A stretch of DNA of 64,000 nucleotides from the NCBI RefSeq assembly GCF_021028975.2, contig NC_059427.1, positions 84,568,001 through 84,632,000 on the forward strand, given 5' to 3'. The notes below the pieces were generated by a model. The model saw only the letters and a program-made list of their open reading frames with translations. It did no database searches and had not been told where the DNA came from. This stretch comes from Sphaerodactylus townsendi (Eukaryota). This document shows positions 1 through 12,140 of the stretch, one piece after another. Each line of letters opens with the position of its first letter. Within the stretch, counting starts at the first letter, position 1. Made by a program: the position numbers and the translations under genes.

Positions 1-3000
1 CAGCTTTAGGGGGCCTCAACTAAGATTGGGATCATTGTATGGGGAACTGAAGTAACAACCGCTGCTTCCCCACCCTGCTATCTGTCCTGTTGTTAAATAC
101 ACAGGTTGCCTGTATAGTGCTTCAGTGCTTTCTCCGAAGGAACAAACAGTAGCTACAGATGAACTGCTAGTTTGTTTTCAAAGGGAGAGGCTCTATTTTG
201 CTTATTGTTTTGAATATGGTGACAAAACAATAATCCAAAGAGGAAGGCAGGTGAAAAGTTGTGTCGCTAGTATCAAGTCATTTTTGTGCTAGATTAGTTG
301 CTAGTATCAAGTCATTTTTGTGCTAAGTAAGAGTGTGCAAGGGAAGCAGGAAAAATGCATGTGAAGACTGAAGAAAGACAGCATTAACCCCCCCAAAATA
401 TGACCAACGGTACAAACCAAAATATGCAGAGTTAATCCAATCCTGATCATTAAAATTAGTGAGGCAAACTAGTCACTTGATTTATATTATGAACACCTAT
501 TTCCTGAGGATCACCCTTCTGTGGTGGGGATAGTGACTTGGATCTTGTTGAAATTTATCATGAGTGGTGGAATTTCTTCCTGTGAAACACAACTCCCCCC
601 ATATAGTTCCTCATGCTGCAGCCCCAAATACCCACTTCTGAAATGCTGTTCCTGGGAGACAGGGGACACCCAGGAACAGCATGAGGGGAATTGAATGGCA
701 GCTGCAGGAAAGCGAAATTAACTAGAATGCCCCTCGCCTCAACTTGTGTGTTCAGATCTCTCTGGATGCAATTCACTGTATTGTTCAAGCATTCAAATTA
801 CAGATGTTTGTATCTTTAGAGTAGTCTCAACCTTCACAGCTTCTCTAGAGTGTTTTTGGGGATAAGGCAAGAAATTAAAATTGCACTCAGCCACCCTAAA
901 AGAGCAATCGAAGTCTAACTGCATCTTACAGATGACTCTGCCCTTAGTCCATTTAATGATGGTCTTCTCACATGGAATATAGGTGTGCGATGTTGTAATG
1001 AATGTTTGGAATAAGCAGTGATGCTGATGGAGCAGCCCTAGATAAGAGTTGCTGCTGTACAGAGAATCCAGTTGCCAGTCTTAGTCAAAATGACAGGAAA
1101 CACTGTTAGAACCTCTTTTGGACATTATGTGTAGGATCAAGAGAAAACAGAAAGCCTGTGACTTCTAGTAGGTAAAGTTATGAATTGTCTACATGAATGT
1201 ACATTGATCTTTTATGCTACTCTGCCACCATGTGGTTCCTCAATAACATTTAACATGAAATTATATTTTGGAAAGGGAGATTGAAGCAACCCTAAGCAGA
1301 TTTATTGAGAAGCGAATTCCATCACAGTCAGCGGGATGTTGTTTGATGTACTTAGGATCAGACACCAAAAGAATCACAATAATGTTTGCAAACTTTACAG
1401 ATCAGATAGGGAGAGACTTCCAAGGCATCAGTAATGAATCTGGTCAAGTTAATGAGAAAAACTAAACAGCAGTGCACTTTGAAAATTTCCTTATAAAGAA
1501 ATTATTAAATATGCCAGCCAGAACCAGCAGTTCAGCCAAAACGTTATAGCTTTGCAGGATATAAAATAGGAAGTCCCATCTATCACCTAGGATTTCCAAA
1601 CAACTAGCTTATACAACCAGGATCTGAGCATACTGAACCGATGATTGTGAATGCACAGAGAGTCAATTTTCTGCATTGTAGTCAGGCATTTTTAAAACTA
1701 CACTTGCTTTGGTAAGCACATTTGATGCTTCATATCTTTTTTATTTATCTTGATAACTTTTTAAAAATCCTTGGAAATAAATAAAATAAATAAAAATCCT
1801 TGGAAAAAAATCCTCTTAGCACCTCAGCACCCTTCTTACATTTCAGGAAGGTTCCGAATGCTGCTTTCTGACTTAAATACTTCCTAAAATCAGTGTAATA
1901 CTTTTGATTAGTACCAATCAGATTGACCCCAAATACTGTACAAACCTTTAAGCTCAACTGAACTCTTGATCAAGCTGAATGTAACAGAATTTAAAAAGAC
2001 ACACAGGTGAGAAATATCACTCTAGTTATGATATGAACATACAGTTTATAATGTTTGAAGCCATATATTTAATCACATAAAGTATATTAGAGGTAATTCA
2101 AAAAAGGATCAGTAAGTTGCTGTTAGTTAAACAAAGAGCTGTACATTCATTAGTTGAGGCCTTGCTTGGGAGAAGGGGGGTGGAGATTTCTGCACTTTTT
2201 AGTTCAGTCTAGTGAACACGTTTTGGAATTTAGGAATGGCCTCTCACTAAAATATAAGAAGTTAGTGGTTGATATGGCCACCATGTCAAAGTGACCAGAT
2301 GGGCAATTCAAATGGTAATATATACGTATTCCAAATCTAGCCAATGGACAGAGTAAGAGGGAGGTATGTTTCTACAGGTGTATAAATTATGTTACGCAAA
2401 CAACAGTCCCTTTGAACCTCCTCTCTGCCCTGCTTGACAAAGGAGAGTTCCCTCTTCTGCACAAAATTGAAAGAAAACAATAAATCTCTGAACACTGAAG
2501 AAGCTTTTGGATGGTTATTGGTAACCGGCTTTTGCCTCGGGGGCAGGGCTATTGCCCTGTGCCTATCAGTTATATTTCATTTATGTTACCTGCTGCCTCA
2601 GTACTTACCTTTTTGTTTTCCAAATTCACATGCATTTCCTTCTTCTATAACTTCCCTTTACTCCTAGAATAGCACTGAAATTGCTGAAAATGTCTGTTTG
2701 TAGGGAGGGGATTGAACCTTGAAACTGGATAGTGAAGGGGCTAGATTTTGGTTGATTTGACACAAGCTGTTTTGCCTGGAATTTTCACCATTTGTTTGTA
2801 TGATTACTAAGGAGAATCTGAATGACAATGCTGCAAACAGTACAATGTTTTCTCTATAGTCTTTCCTATTTTTTCAGAGCGGGTTTCAGATATTTTGCAT
2901 TTTGACTAGAATTCCAATACTAGCATACCTAGTGTAGATGGGGAAATGTTATAAACCTATTAGGTAGTGGTTGTGACCAGGTTGGTGACATCATCGCCAT

Positions 3001-4843
3001 TTCCTGGATGAAATGCTATTTTTAAATGTCCTGCAGTACAGCCCCTCCTCCCATCATTCTTAAAACAGCCACCACCAAGAGGCAATGAGATCAGGAAACA
3101 TTTAACTAAAATGGCAATTATAACAAAGAATGGGGAAGACTCTAGATCTGGGAGTGGACTTAATTGCCTTTCAATAGAACACTGAGTGGGTGAAGAAATC
3201 CTGGCAGGGTATATAAGCTGTGTGTATGTGCTGACAGTAAGAGAAGGGTACCCAGGTGAGACTAGGGAAGACACCTAATACTTGCCTCAGCTGGCTGTTT
3301 GCAGTCCTGCCTTCTGGGATGCAAAGTCAGGAACTTGCTCTGTTCCAAAGAAGCATATTTTACAATGCAATCCCAGAGTTAAACCTTTTGAAATCCATTC
3401 AAATCAGTAATTCACAATCTACTTGCTGCTGTTCTTCTCTCACTGTGGGGGCAGAAGCTGTACAAGAGTCCCCTGATGATTTCATATGAGCTTCTCAATT
3501 ATTTCATTTTCACAAGAAAGAACATCTGCACCAAATTTTCCTTGCACTCTGATGACTCCAAGTCTTAGGGGATAAACCAAGTTGTCTGATGCTAGACTGG
3601 GTAGAATATGTCCCTGGGGATTAATGAACTGCCTTCAGACCATATTACAGAAAGATGGGCCAAATCAAAGAAACAAATTAATAAAGGTACGCAGATGAAT
3701 CTTAGATTTTTGAAACGCCCTTCATCTCTGTTCAAAGATAGCTGTGACTGTCCTCATACTTCCTTGAATGATTGGCAGAAAACCCAAGTAAGAATGACTT
3801 CTCGGCTACCTAGAAGAGGGAATAAGATCAAAGGAGAGCAGGTGTTCTGATATTTGTCCTTGTTGAGCAGCATAGCCCTTAAAAGGGCACAGGAAATTGA
3901 AAAGATAATTATTTTACTCCTCTACATCATCTGAGGACAATTTCATCACTTTCTCTCCAACCTAGCACAAGCCAGCCTTGGCATTTTTTTTTTGGGGGGG
4001 GGGTGTCAAATGGGAAGAGAGTAAGCTTCTCCCCTCAGTTCCTAAATATTGCAAATGTTGAATCCCTGGAGCTCTCAGGGCAATATGGCTTGCTGAGTTC
4101 ACCTGTTGAGCCCAAGATAAGCTTCTGTAATGTTTGTGGAGGCACAGGACGACAAGTTCATGTATATATCTTTCCCCATTGCCCCCAAAGAAATAATGGG
4201 GGCTGGCCAGGAAAAAGCATTCTGGCCAGATCAAAGGGGCTGCAGCAGCAATGGCTTCTCAGTGCTGTACCTACAGCTTAGTCTGGAAAACTTCAGTAGG
4301 ACACCTGTGCTTACCAGCAGTTTTAACAAGCAAGTACCCATAACAGGAGGCTCCATTTCACCCTGCACTCCATAGCACCATCTCAACCTCCCCTCTCCAG
4401 CTCAAATGGCGGCTCTCAGTCCTTCAATGTCAGCTGTATGTGGTGAGGAGGATGGATGCTGCCTGGTCAGGGAAGACATGTGGTGTGCACGAGGGCAGAC
4501 AATGATCCTCCAGTTCAGATTTTTCTACAAGTCTGGGTGGAGGGAGGTTGCACAAAAATCTTCCTTGTGTGTAAATTGCCCCAATTAACAAATAGAAGTA
4601 TTGGCAGATCAGGGTAAAGTTGTCTATTAGAAAATAATAACAGCCGTATTCAGAAGATTTCACAGATGTTACCAATAATACTCCTTCAAGCCTGTAATAT
4701 TCCTAGTTAACCTTGCATCTAATTTTTAATGTTATTCTTTTATACTGCAAAATATAATAAAACTTAATTCCATGCCTCTTTCCTAAAATTCATCTAAGAA
4801 AATAAAGATTAAAATGGTGGGGTAAAATATAGCAGCCCTGATC

Positions 4844-5055
4844 TAGCCTGATCTGATCAGATCTTAGAAGCTATACAGATTTAGCCCCTTGTAACTATTT
4901 GGATGGAGACATCCAAGAAATACCAGGGTCATGAGTGGAGGAATATCAGGGAATCCAAGGAATACAAGGGTCATGAGTGGAGGCAGGCAATAGTAAACCA
5001 TCTCTGTATGTCTCTTGCTTTGAAAATCCCATGAATTGCCATAACTTGGTGGTAA
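4844..5055 (+). mobile_element. 5S rRNA-derived SINE (5S-Sauria-like), copy 1
   Basis: GCCTGATCTGATCAGATCTTAGAAGCTA...TGGATGGAGAC...AATACCAGGGT resembles the 5S rRNA internal control region (box A/box C). It is followed by a Sauria-SINE-like tail (GGCAATAGTAAACCATCTCTG...TCTCTTGCTTTGAAAATCCC). There is an internal ~31-bp duplication. Boundaries approximate. Confidence 0.75.
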
Positions 5056-5188
5056 CCCCCCCCCCCCCCAAATCAAGCATTATTTTGCATCCGTTTTAAT
5101 GTTTTTAAAACACTTTTTCTTTACTTGAAAAACGTTTTTACAAAACAATCATTACCAAACGCCATGCCCAAATACGGATAGTCCAACC

Positions 5189-5363
5189 TAGCCTAATCTT
5201 GTTAGATCTCAGAGACTACCGTTAAGCAGGATCAACCCTTGGTCAGTATTTGGATGCGAGACCAATAAGTAGTAACAGGATTGCTATGCAAAGGAAGGCA
5301 ACTACATACTGTCTCTTGCCTTGAAAACTCTATAGTTACCATAAATTGGCGGCAACTTGATGC
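5189..5363 (+). mobile_element. 5S rRNA-derived SINE (5S-Sauria-like), copy 2
   Basis: TAGCCTAATCTTGTTAGATCTCAGAG...TTAAGCAGGATC...GGTCAGTATTTGGATGCGAGACC is a 5S-like head, followed by the same tail (GTCTCTTGCCTTGAAAACTC...CCATAAATTGGCGGCAACTTGA). Confidence 0.7.
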
Positions 5364-5799
5364 CCCGCCCCCCGCAAAGCGAAGACAGATCTGTGCTATG
5401 TCAACAAACTCAAAATAATCGCAAAAGGCCAGGTATATAAGGCATCTAGTCAAAAAGTCACCAGCGGGTAGCTTTTGTTATCTGTAATGATAGAACTTTG
5501 GAATAATTGAATGCAATTTAATTATGGCTATAACCAAGCTTCTCCCTTTCTCAGCAACGATCCGCGTATTGTGTTGTTAGTGAAAAAAACCACATCGATT
5601 TGTTCTTTTAAACGAAGCGACACAACAGTCCCGAGTAATAATGAGGCGCATAGTGCTTGAGACATGGGGAAGGGCCAGGGCTTTTCGGATGGGCACTCAA
5701 ATTCTTTCCCCACATATAGCAGAGGGAATCGGCTTCACGGAGCCTCCCAGGAATGTTGTTTGTTTTGTTTTCTGCTTGCTTGCTCGTTCCAGTTCTAAC

Positions 5800-6532
5800 T
5801 TGGTTACCAACAAGTTCGAATGAGAACCCGGCAACGGCCGCAAAAAACTCGTAACGGTCACGCTCGTTCAACTTTTCAAACGAACTTTGGTACCACCCCT
5901 AAACCTGCTATCTACCCCCCTCCCGCGGACGAGAAAGCCCGCGCGTCGGCAAAAGAGAACTCTCATTGGCCTATGTTTTTACGCACCAACGTAGTGGCAT
6001 AACTGTCGCCTTTTTCCGGCTCCCTGTCAGCCCTAATAGGTGCCCGCCTCTTTGTTGCGCAACTCCGTTAAGGTGAACCGGATTGGGTGTTTCAAACGTC
6101 CTTCCCGTGTATACTTTTTAAAACACTCCGGTTGCGGCCGGAAGAAAAGCGATTGGCTTTCCGAGCTGTCACTCAAAACAGTGTTTGACGCAAAAGTAGC
6201 TGTAGAGTCGCTTCAGGTCTTAGACTAGGGGCGTGTTCTGCAATGCCATGGTAGGCGGGCCGTCTAGCGTTTCCTTTGTGTGTGGGCACCACTAACCGGC
6301 TGTGAGCGCGCCTGAGGAGGAGTAGGCGCCGCCATTTTGTGCGTGTGCGTTTCCTCTTCCCCACCCCCTTCCCCCGTTCTCTGCCGGTTAAAGTAGGTCC
6401 GGTCTCCGCGGCCGCCCTCCCGCCTGTGACGATCGCTTGCTGTGTAGCCGCCGCCTTTACTAGGCCGCAGCTGCCCCCTGCCGGCGGCCGCAGAGAGGAG
6501 GCGCGGAGGAGTGTGGCGGCCGCGGCTCCGGC
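5800..6532 (+). promoter_or_regulatory. HNRNPA0: HNRNPA0 CpG-island promoter and 5' UTR
   Basis: CpG density rises sharply. Inverted CCAAT boxes (ATTGG) occur near 5966, 6082 and 6152, an ETS motif CCGGAAG near 6138, and a YY1 motif CCGCCATTTT at 6329-6338 followed by a pyrimidine tract. No TATA box is evident. Confidence 0.8.
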
Positions 6533-7450
6533 ATGGAGAACTCCCAGCTGTGTAAGCTGTTCATCGGCGGCCTGAACGTGCAGACGACGGAGGCCGGGCT
6601 GCGGGAGCACTTCTCGGCCTACGGCACCCTGACCGACTGCGTGGTGGTGCTAAACCCGCAGACGAAGCGCTCCCGCTGCTTCGGGTTCGTCACTTACTCG
6701 GTCGTGGAGGAGGCCGATGCCGCCATGGCCGCCTCCCCGCACGCCGTGGACGGCAACGCGGTGGAGCTAAAACGAGCCGTCTCCCGCGAGGACTCGGCCC
6801 GGCCGGGGGCGCACGCCAAAGTGAAGAAGCTCTTCGTCGGGGGCCTCAAGGGGGACTTGGACGAGAACGACCTGGTGGAGCACTTCAGCCAGTTCGGCCC
6901 CGTGGAGAAGGCCGAGATCATCTCCAACAAGCAGAGCGGCAAGAAGCGCGGCTTCGGCTTCGTCTACTTCCAGAGCCACGACGCCGCCGACAAGGCCGCT
7001 GTGGTCAAGTTCCACCCCATCCAGGGCCACCGCGTGGAGGTCAAGAAGGCCGTGCCCAGGGAAGACATCCAGGGAGGCGGCGGCGGCGGCGGCGGGGCTT
7101 CCCGGTCGGGCTGGGGCGGCAGGGGCCGAGGAAGGGGCGGCGGCGGCGGCAACCGAGACCACAACGGGCTCTCTAAAGGCGGCGGCGGCGGCTATAACAG
7201 TTACGGAGGCTACGGTGGAGGCGGCTACGGGTCCTACGGCGGAGGAGGCTCCTATGGAGGCGGCGGCGGCGGCGGCGGCAGCGATTATGGCAACGGGTAC
7301 GGCGGATTCGGCAGCTACAGCCAGCACCAGTCGTCCTATGGCCCTATGAAGAGCGGAGGCGGAGGGGGCGGCAGCTGGGGGGGCCGTAGTAACAGTGGAC
7401 CTTACAGAGGCGGCTATGGCGGGGGAGGCTACGGAGGAGGCCCCTTCTAA
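6533..7450 (+). CDS. HNRNPA0: Heterogeneous nuclear ribonucleoprotein A0, 305 aa, intronless
   Basis: Starts [18 protein letters not shown]. Two RRMs (RNP2 LFIGGL/LFVGGL; RNP1 [16 protein letters not shown]), Gly-rich C-terminus with SSYGPMKSG, Kozak GGCATGG. Adjacent to KLHL3 as in mammals. Confidence 0.99.
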   Translation: MENSQLCKLFIGGLNVQTTEAGLREHFSAYGTLTDCVVVLNPQTKRSRCFGFVTYSVVEEADAAMAASPHAVDGNAVELKRAVSREDSARPGAHAKVKKLFVGGLKGDLDENDLVEHFSQFGPVEKAEIISNKQSGKKRGFGFVYFQSHDAADKAAVVKFHPIQGHRVEVKKAVPREDIQGGGGGGGGASRSGWGGRGRGRGGGGGNRDHNGLSKGGGGGYNSYGGYGGGGYGSYGGGGSYGGGGGGGGSDYGNGYGGFGSYSQHQSSYGPMKSGGGGGGSWGGRSNSGPYRGGYGGGGYGGGPF

Positions 7451-7934
7451 GCGGGGATTTCCCATGCCCGCTGTGGGGAATGTCAGTTTTGTCTGCATGG
7501 AGTACGCTCTCCGTTTGTACCGGGCCGGATTCCTACTCCCCTACTCTTCGCCTGCGGGCACCTCCATATGAAAAGCTGCCATGAGGTGGAGCAGCTCTCC
7601 CATGCCCCTGCTGGGGTTACTCTGCTGCCCGGGACTCTTCTTTCTTTCCGAAGATGGACTGGGCCTCACACAGCGGTTTTGTGTTAGTCATTGATGGACT
7701 CTATTTTTTTATTGCTTGGACATTGGTCGTTTTTTATACTAGGAACAAGATTGTTTTAATTTTGGTTTGTTTGGGGCTGGGAGGGAATGTTGTGCAGATT
7801 CCGGAGTAAAAACTTGGGAGGGGAAAGGGGAATTAACTTTGTAAGGACTTGGATACCTACACATTTTTTGCTACAAAATCTACTCTGATCCCATGGCTGT
7901 AAGGGGGGAATCGTTTTTACATTTTTATTTTTTA

Positions 7935-7940
7935 AATAAA
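7935..7940 (+). terminator. Candidate proximal polyadenylation signal of HNRNPA0
   Basis: AATAAA after U-rich sequence and before GT/T-rich sequence (CATTGTGTTC...TGTCTTTTTTT). Further AATAAA at 8869-8874 and near 10326. Confidence 0.55.
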
Positions 7941-10900
7941 TCATTGTGTTCATTGACCTTTACATGTCTTTTTTTCCTAGAGTTCATTCCATACAGTTAA
8001 AGCAAAGGCTCTTTGAGTCTGCTCAAACTTCTCCACGTGTTTAGAGTAAAATGCTTCATTTCTAGCAAAGGCTTCAATTACATTTTTGCTGCCCTGCTAT
8101 TATTGGATTGTTACTTCAGAGTTATAGGCTGAATTTTGACATGCCCCTTGGTGGATGAACTGTTTAAATACTTTATTGTACATCCACCATTTTGTAAGTG
8201 GGCCATTTGCCTTGCTGACATAGTTGGTCTGCTTTTTGTGCAAGGAGTTTTCTATCAGTATATGTAGTTCTAACACATTTAAAGCATGTGCTTTTTCATA
8301 TAAGTGTTCAAAACTTCAGAGTGCTCAGTTTCACACTGTGTTATTTATTGGCTTGCCTGTAAAGGATCCAGAGTTTCTTCCCTTCTATTAAACACTTTGT
8401 TTGCATAGCATCTGGTTGAAGTGACTTCACTATCTAAACTGTCCTTATTAAAGAATCCTGTACAGTGCCATCTGCTGGCAGAAGAGTAGACTATTGTAAC
8501 CATCCAGCAACATGAAAAAATCGCTTTCAAATCTGTAGTCTATTAGGTCTTTATATATGGCAAAGGTCAAACCTACATTTTGTCAAAGAATTTGTGGAAC
8601 TTGATTCAACAGATAGAAGTTTCTAATTCCCAGCAAAATAAGCATTTTGAGTACATAGTTAAACTGCCCAATCTTCCAACTTTGTGTTAGGTGATTGATA
8701 AATGAGCCAGCAACTTAGGTGCCAGTTGTAAAAAGAAATCTCTGTAGCCTGCTTGATGTATTTGTAGCCCTTTCACACAGTAGAATTGAAGTTTGTTGTT
8801 CTATTACCAATGTTCTAGACAGAAACTGCCTTCCTGATTAGAAATATAGAATAGTTATGGATATTGCAAATAAAGAATTCAATTCTTCACATGCTTCAGT
8901 GAGTATGTATGAAATGGCTAAAATGTTAATGGTCTTTAAGTATTGAGACTTCTTCAACAAAATATTGCTGCATTTTACAGGGCCTCTGCTATGGTTAAAT
9001 TTCTGGTTCAAACTTTTTTATAGTATTTATGACAAAGCATATTTGACTTATTTGCAAAAATGTACTGTAAGGTAACTTTGGATTAGTAACTAGCAAGTCT
9101 GACAACTTGCACAGTTAAACACATAAATATTCTACATCACATGTTCTAGTGGCTACTCATATAGCTGTTTGCAGCTGTAAATTAAGAGATTAACTAATTT
9201 TAGAAATAATTTTGATTTTTGTATTATGGTTTTTTGATTTTTGAAAGTGAGCACGTGGATCAGCCACAGTTCTCAAATTTAGCTTCACTTGAAATGGAAA
9301 TATCAATTACAAGTCTGCTTCATAGTATCTTACGCTCTAGGAAAAGCATTAAACGATGTTGATTTAGCTGCAGTTTTGCAACATGCTCATAGCAAAGTAC
9401 TAGTTCGTAATATGGCAGTTTGTGCAGATTTCATGCTGTTTGCACAGTTTACGTGTAAGAAAAGCATAATGTGAAAGTAGGCCTCTATAATCTGTTCAGC
9501 AAAAGACATACTGTGTTGGAAATTCTTGCAGCATCTGTACTTGTAAGTAATTTAGGATTCTGCGTATCCATTAATGAGAAATGTGAATTCCAATACATTA
9601 AATGTTCCTGGGTTTTCCATATTTGCTGTTGCCCTTCCCTTTTAGAGGGAAGGTAAAACTTCATACAGATAGGGCAGAGCTTTGGTGTCTGGACACAATG
9701 TCTGGAATATTTTGTTTATTGTTTGCTGTAGAATACTGTTTCAGTACAATGAGAGGGTGTTTGAGAAGAATGTATATTAAGCTGCTAGTGTGACAAGTTG
9801 TCATGAGGGAAAGGCCAATGGTGATAAACTAGAAAGAGGTGGAATTAGTGAAAAATCAATGTGAAATGAGTGGTATTTATGCCAGTTAACTACATTCAGT
9901 AATAGTACTGGGGTTTTTACTTCTACATGCATGTCTAGAGGAATACTTGGAGAATAAGTCTATATCCGGCAGTATGTGATGCAGAATAATACATGCTGTT
10001 AAAGAGGTAAAGATTAAACATTTTTATTCCCCAAATAATGTTAGTGCTCATTCCTTTATATGGGTGTGAGATGACCTTGATAGCACCACAGAGTTCACTA
10101 CTGCATGGTCATGCAGTTCTTCAGGCAAGAAAACAGGAAATAGTTCTGATTTCTATTATCAGAATATCTCTTGGGGCCCATATGTTTATGCTTTGTTACC
10201 ATTATGGGCATTCAAATGTAAATAGTTGTGCCTTCTGTAGTATAACTGTAAAAACTGAGAATGCACCATGGTGGATTTCACCAGCTGTCTTTTCAAAAGA
10301 ATTACTTTTAGCATAATCTTGAAACAATAAAGCACTTATCCATATTGGAAAATAGGCATGATAGCTGATCTGATCCTTAATACTAAATTCTCTGACAAAT
10401 ATATTTCTAATTTAATCCACTTTCCTAAAAGCTAATTCCTGGGGAAATTTTTGAACAGAAGCTGTGCAAACTATGTATTTTAGCTTCTGCTTACTTTTAA
10501 TGCCAAGGTTACAAAGTGCACTTATATCTGCAAGTGTTTTTATAGACAAATCCTAGTACTGCAATATAAACCATACAAAAGTGGCCTAGTTTGTTTTAGT
10601 AATTGTATAGTTTGTTTCTAGTTTGTTTTAGTAATTATATACACCTGACACATTTTTTAAAAAAATCCTGAGTAAAAAACTTCAATAAGCCATGGCACCT
10701 GAGATGAACCACTAGGCTCCACTGTATAATTAGTCGGTTCAGAATGTGTAGCATGTTAATATCTTATATCAGGCTGGAGCACATCTTGTTGAATACACAT
10801 ATAAATCTAAATTCAGAAGTTGCCTTAACATTATTTGGATGGATGTTTTCACTTTTCTTTTGTCATGAAGATGCAGTTACAGAGCTCTAAATTTGTGAAC

Positions 10901-11859
10901 ATTTCTGCAAATGTTCACTGAAATGATTAAGAAGCTTGGTTGTTTAAGATACAATTATTCAATGACAAGTTAACTTGATGAGATGTTTGAAAAAATAAGC
11001 CATCTTGTGCTTACTTTAAGCGTAGACTATTGTTTACCATTGTAAATTAGTTATCCTACCTGCCTGTTCCCTAGTTATTCAGGAACATCCTCTGTTCTCT
11101 TGCCTTTCCCTTTCCATTTTCAACCATCTTTATGGGTAGGAAATTATGCACTAGAGCAAAACTGGCCTTTGTGAAATGATCAGATTCTAATGGCTAAAGG
11201 TGGTTTTAATTTCTGTGATGCAAGGGTTCTCTGAATCCTAAACATGTTAATATTCAATAATTTGTATTGATAATGTGTATTGATATGGTTTTCCCATATC
11301 TTCTTAGTGAATGCTGTTTCCAGATTATCTTTAATCTTGAAGCCTCACTTGCGTAGTTCCTGCACAGTTGACAAACTCAATCAATTAGCCGGTAGTTCGA
11401 TGGATAGGTGAAAATGTCCTGTGTCACAATCTGGGCTGAAGAAAAGCTCGCACAAGATGATATAATTACATGAGTACAGACTACCTGGAAACATAAAGTG
11501 AAATCTTGAATAGCCATATCTAGATTCATGAATCTAAATATGTTACAAGATGAATCTCAGAACTTTCATTTTTCTCTTATTAAGATACTGTCTATCTCAT
11601 GTGGCTTTCTAGCATACTTCCATCACTTTATTACAAAATAGGCAGAATAGTATGCAATGTTATGCGTGCCCATAAATGAAGACATACGCTTGTGTATTCA
11701 TATGGCATATAACATTTTGCTTTTATATGAAAACCTGTTCTAGTTTTAAAACCCAGTGGTGGGTTACTCGTTCATCAACAACTTAAATCTCAATGTATTT
11801 GATATTTTATTAACTGGCTTGTTCATACGATTAATTACTTGTTTGTATGAACCAGCTTA

Positions 11860-12140
11860 GGAGCCGCGTGGCATAGTGGTTAAGTTCTTGCACTGCCACT
11901 CACAGAGTCAGGAGTTCGATCCCCCTGGGGGTCATCTGGCAGCTGTCTCATGGTCAATTCAGCCATCCATCCATTTCTTGGTCGGTAAATGTGTACCTAT
12001 GTCATAGCTAGGGGATAAAGAATAGCCGGGGAAAGCAATGGCAAACTACCCCACAAAAGCGGCTTGCCTATAAAATCACTGCTTGCCTATAAAAGCACCC
12101 ACAGGGTTGGATACAACTGAAGGGGAAACTTTAGCTTTTT
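11860..12140 (+). mobile_element. tRNA-derived Sauria-type SINE
   Basis: Head GGAGCCGCGTGGCATAGTGGTTAAG (box A) ... GGAGTTCGATCCC (box B). Body TCAGCCATCCATCC...GGTCGGTAAATG, then GCAATGGCAAACTACCCC, tail GAAGGGGAAACTTTAGCTTTT. Confidence 0.85.

Noticed and set aside
1-4800. Possible neighbouring gene (NPY6R expected on this side by synteny) or a minus-strand exon near 4337-4532
   Set aside because: No GPCR-like ORF is present. The putative exon has stops in the frames I read and only generic splice-like signals.
4844-5363. Genuine 5S rRNA genes
   Set aside because: They lack the 5S 5' end, are heavily diverged, and are fused to SINE tails.
6173-7498. Antisense and alternative-frame ORFs over HNRNPA0 (145, 243, 82, 66, 78 aa)
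   Set aside because: Shadows of a GC-rich CDS and CpG island. The Ala/Pro runs mirror the GGC repeats and there is no recognisable domain.
11860-11925. tRNA gene
   Set aside because: The A/B boxes belong to a SINE head. There is no complete cloverleaf and the SINE body continues.
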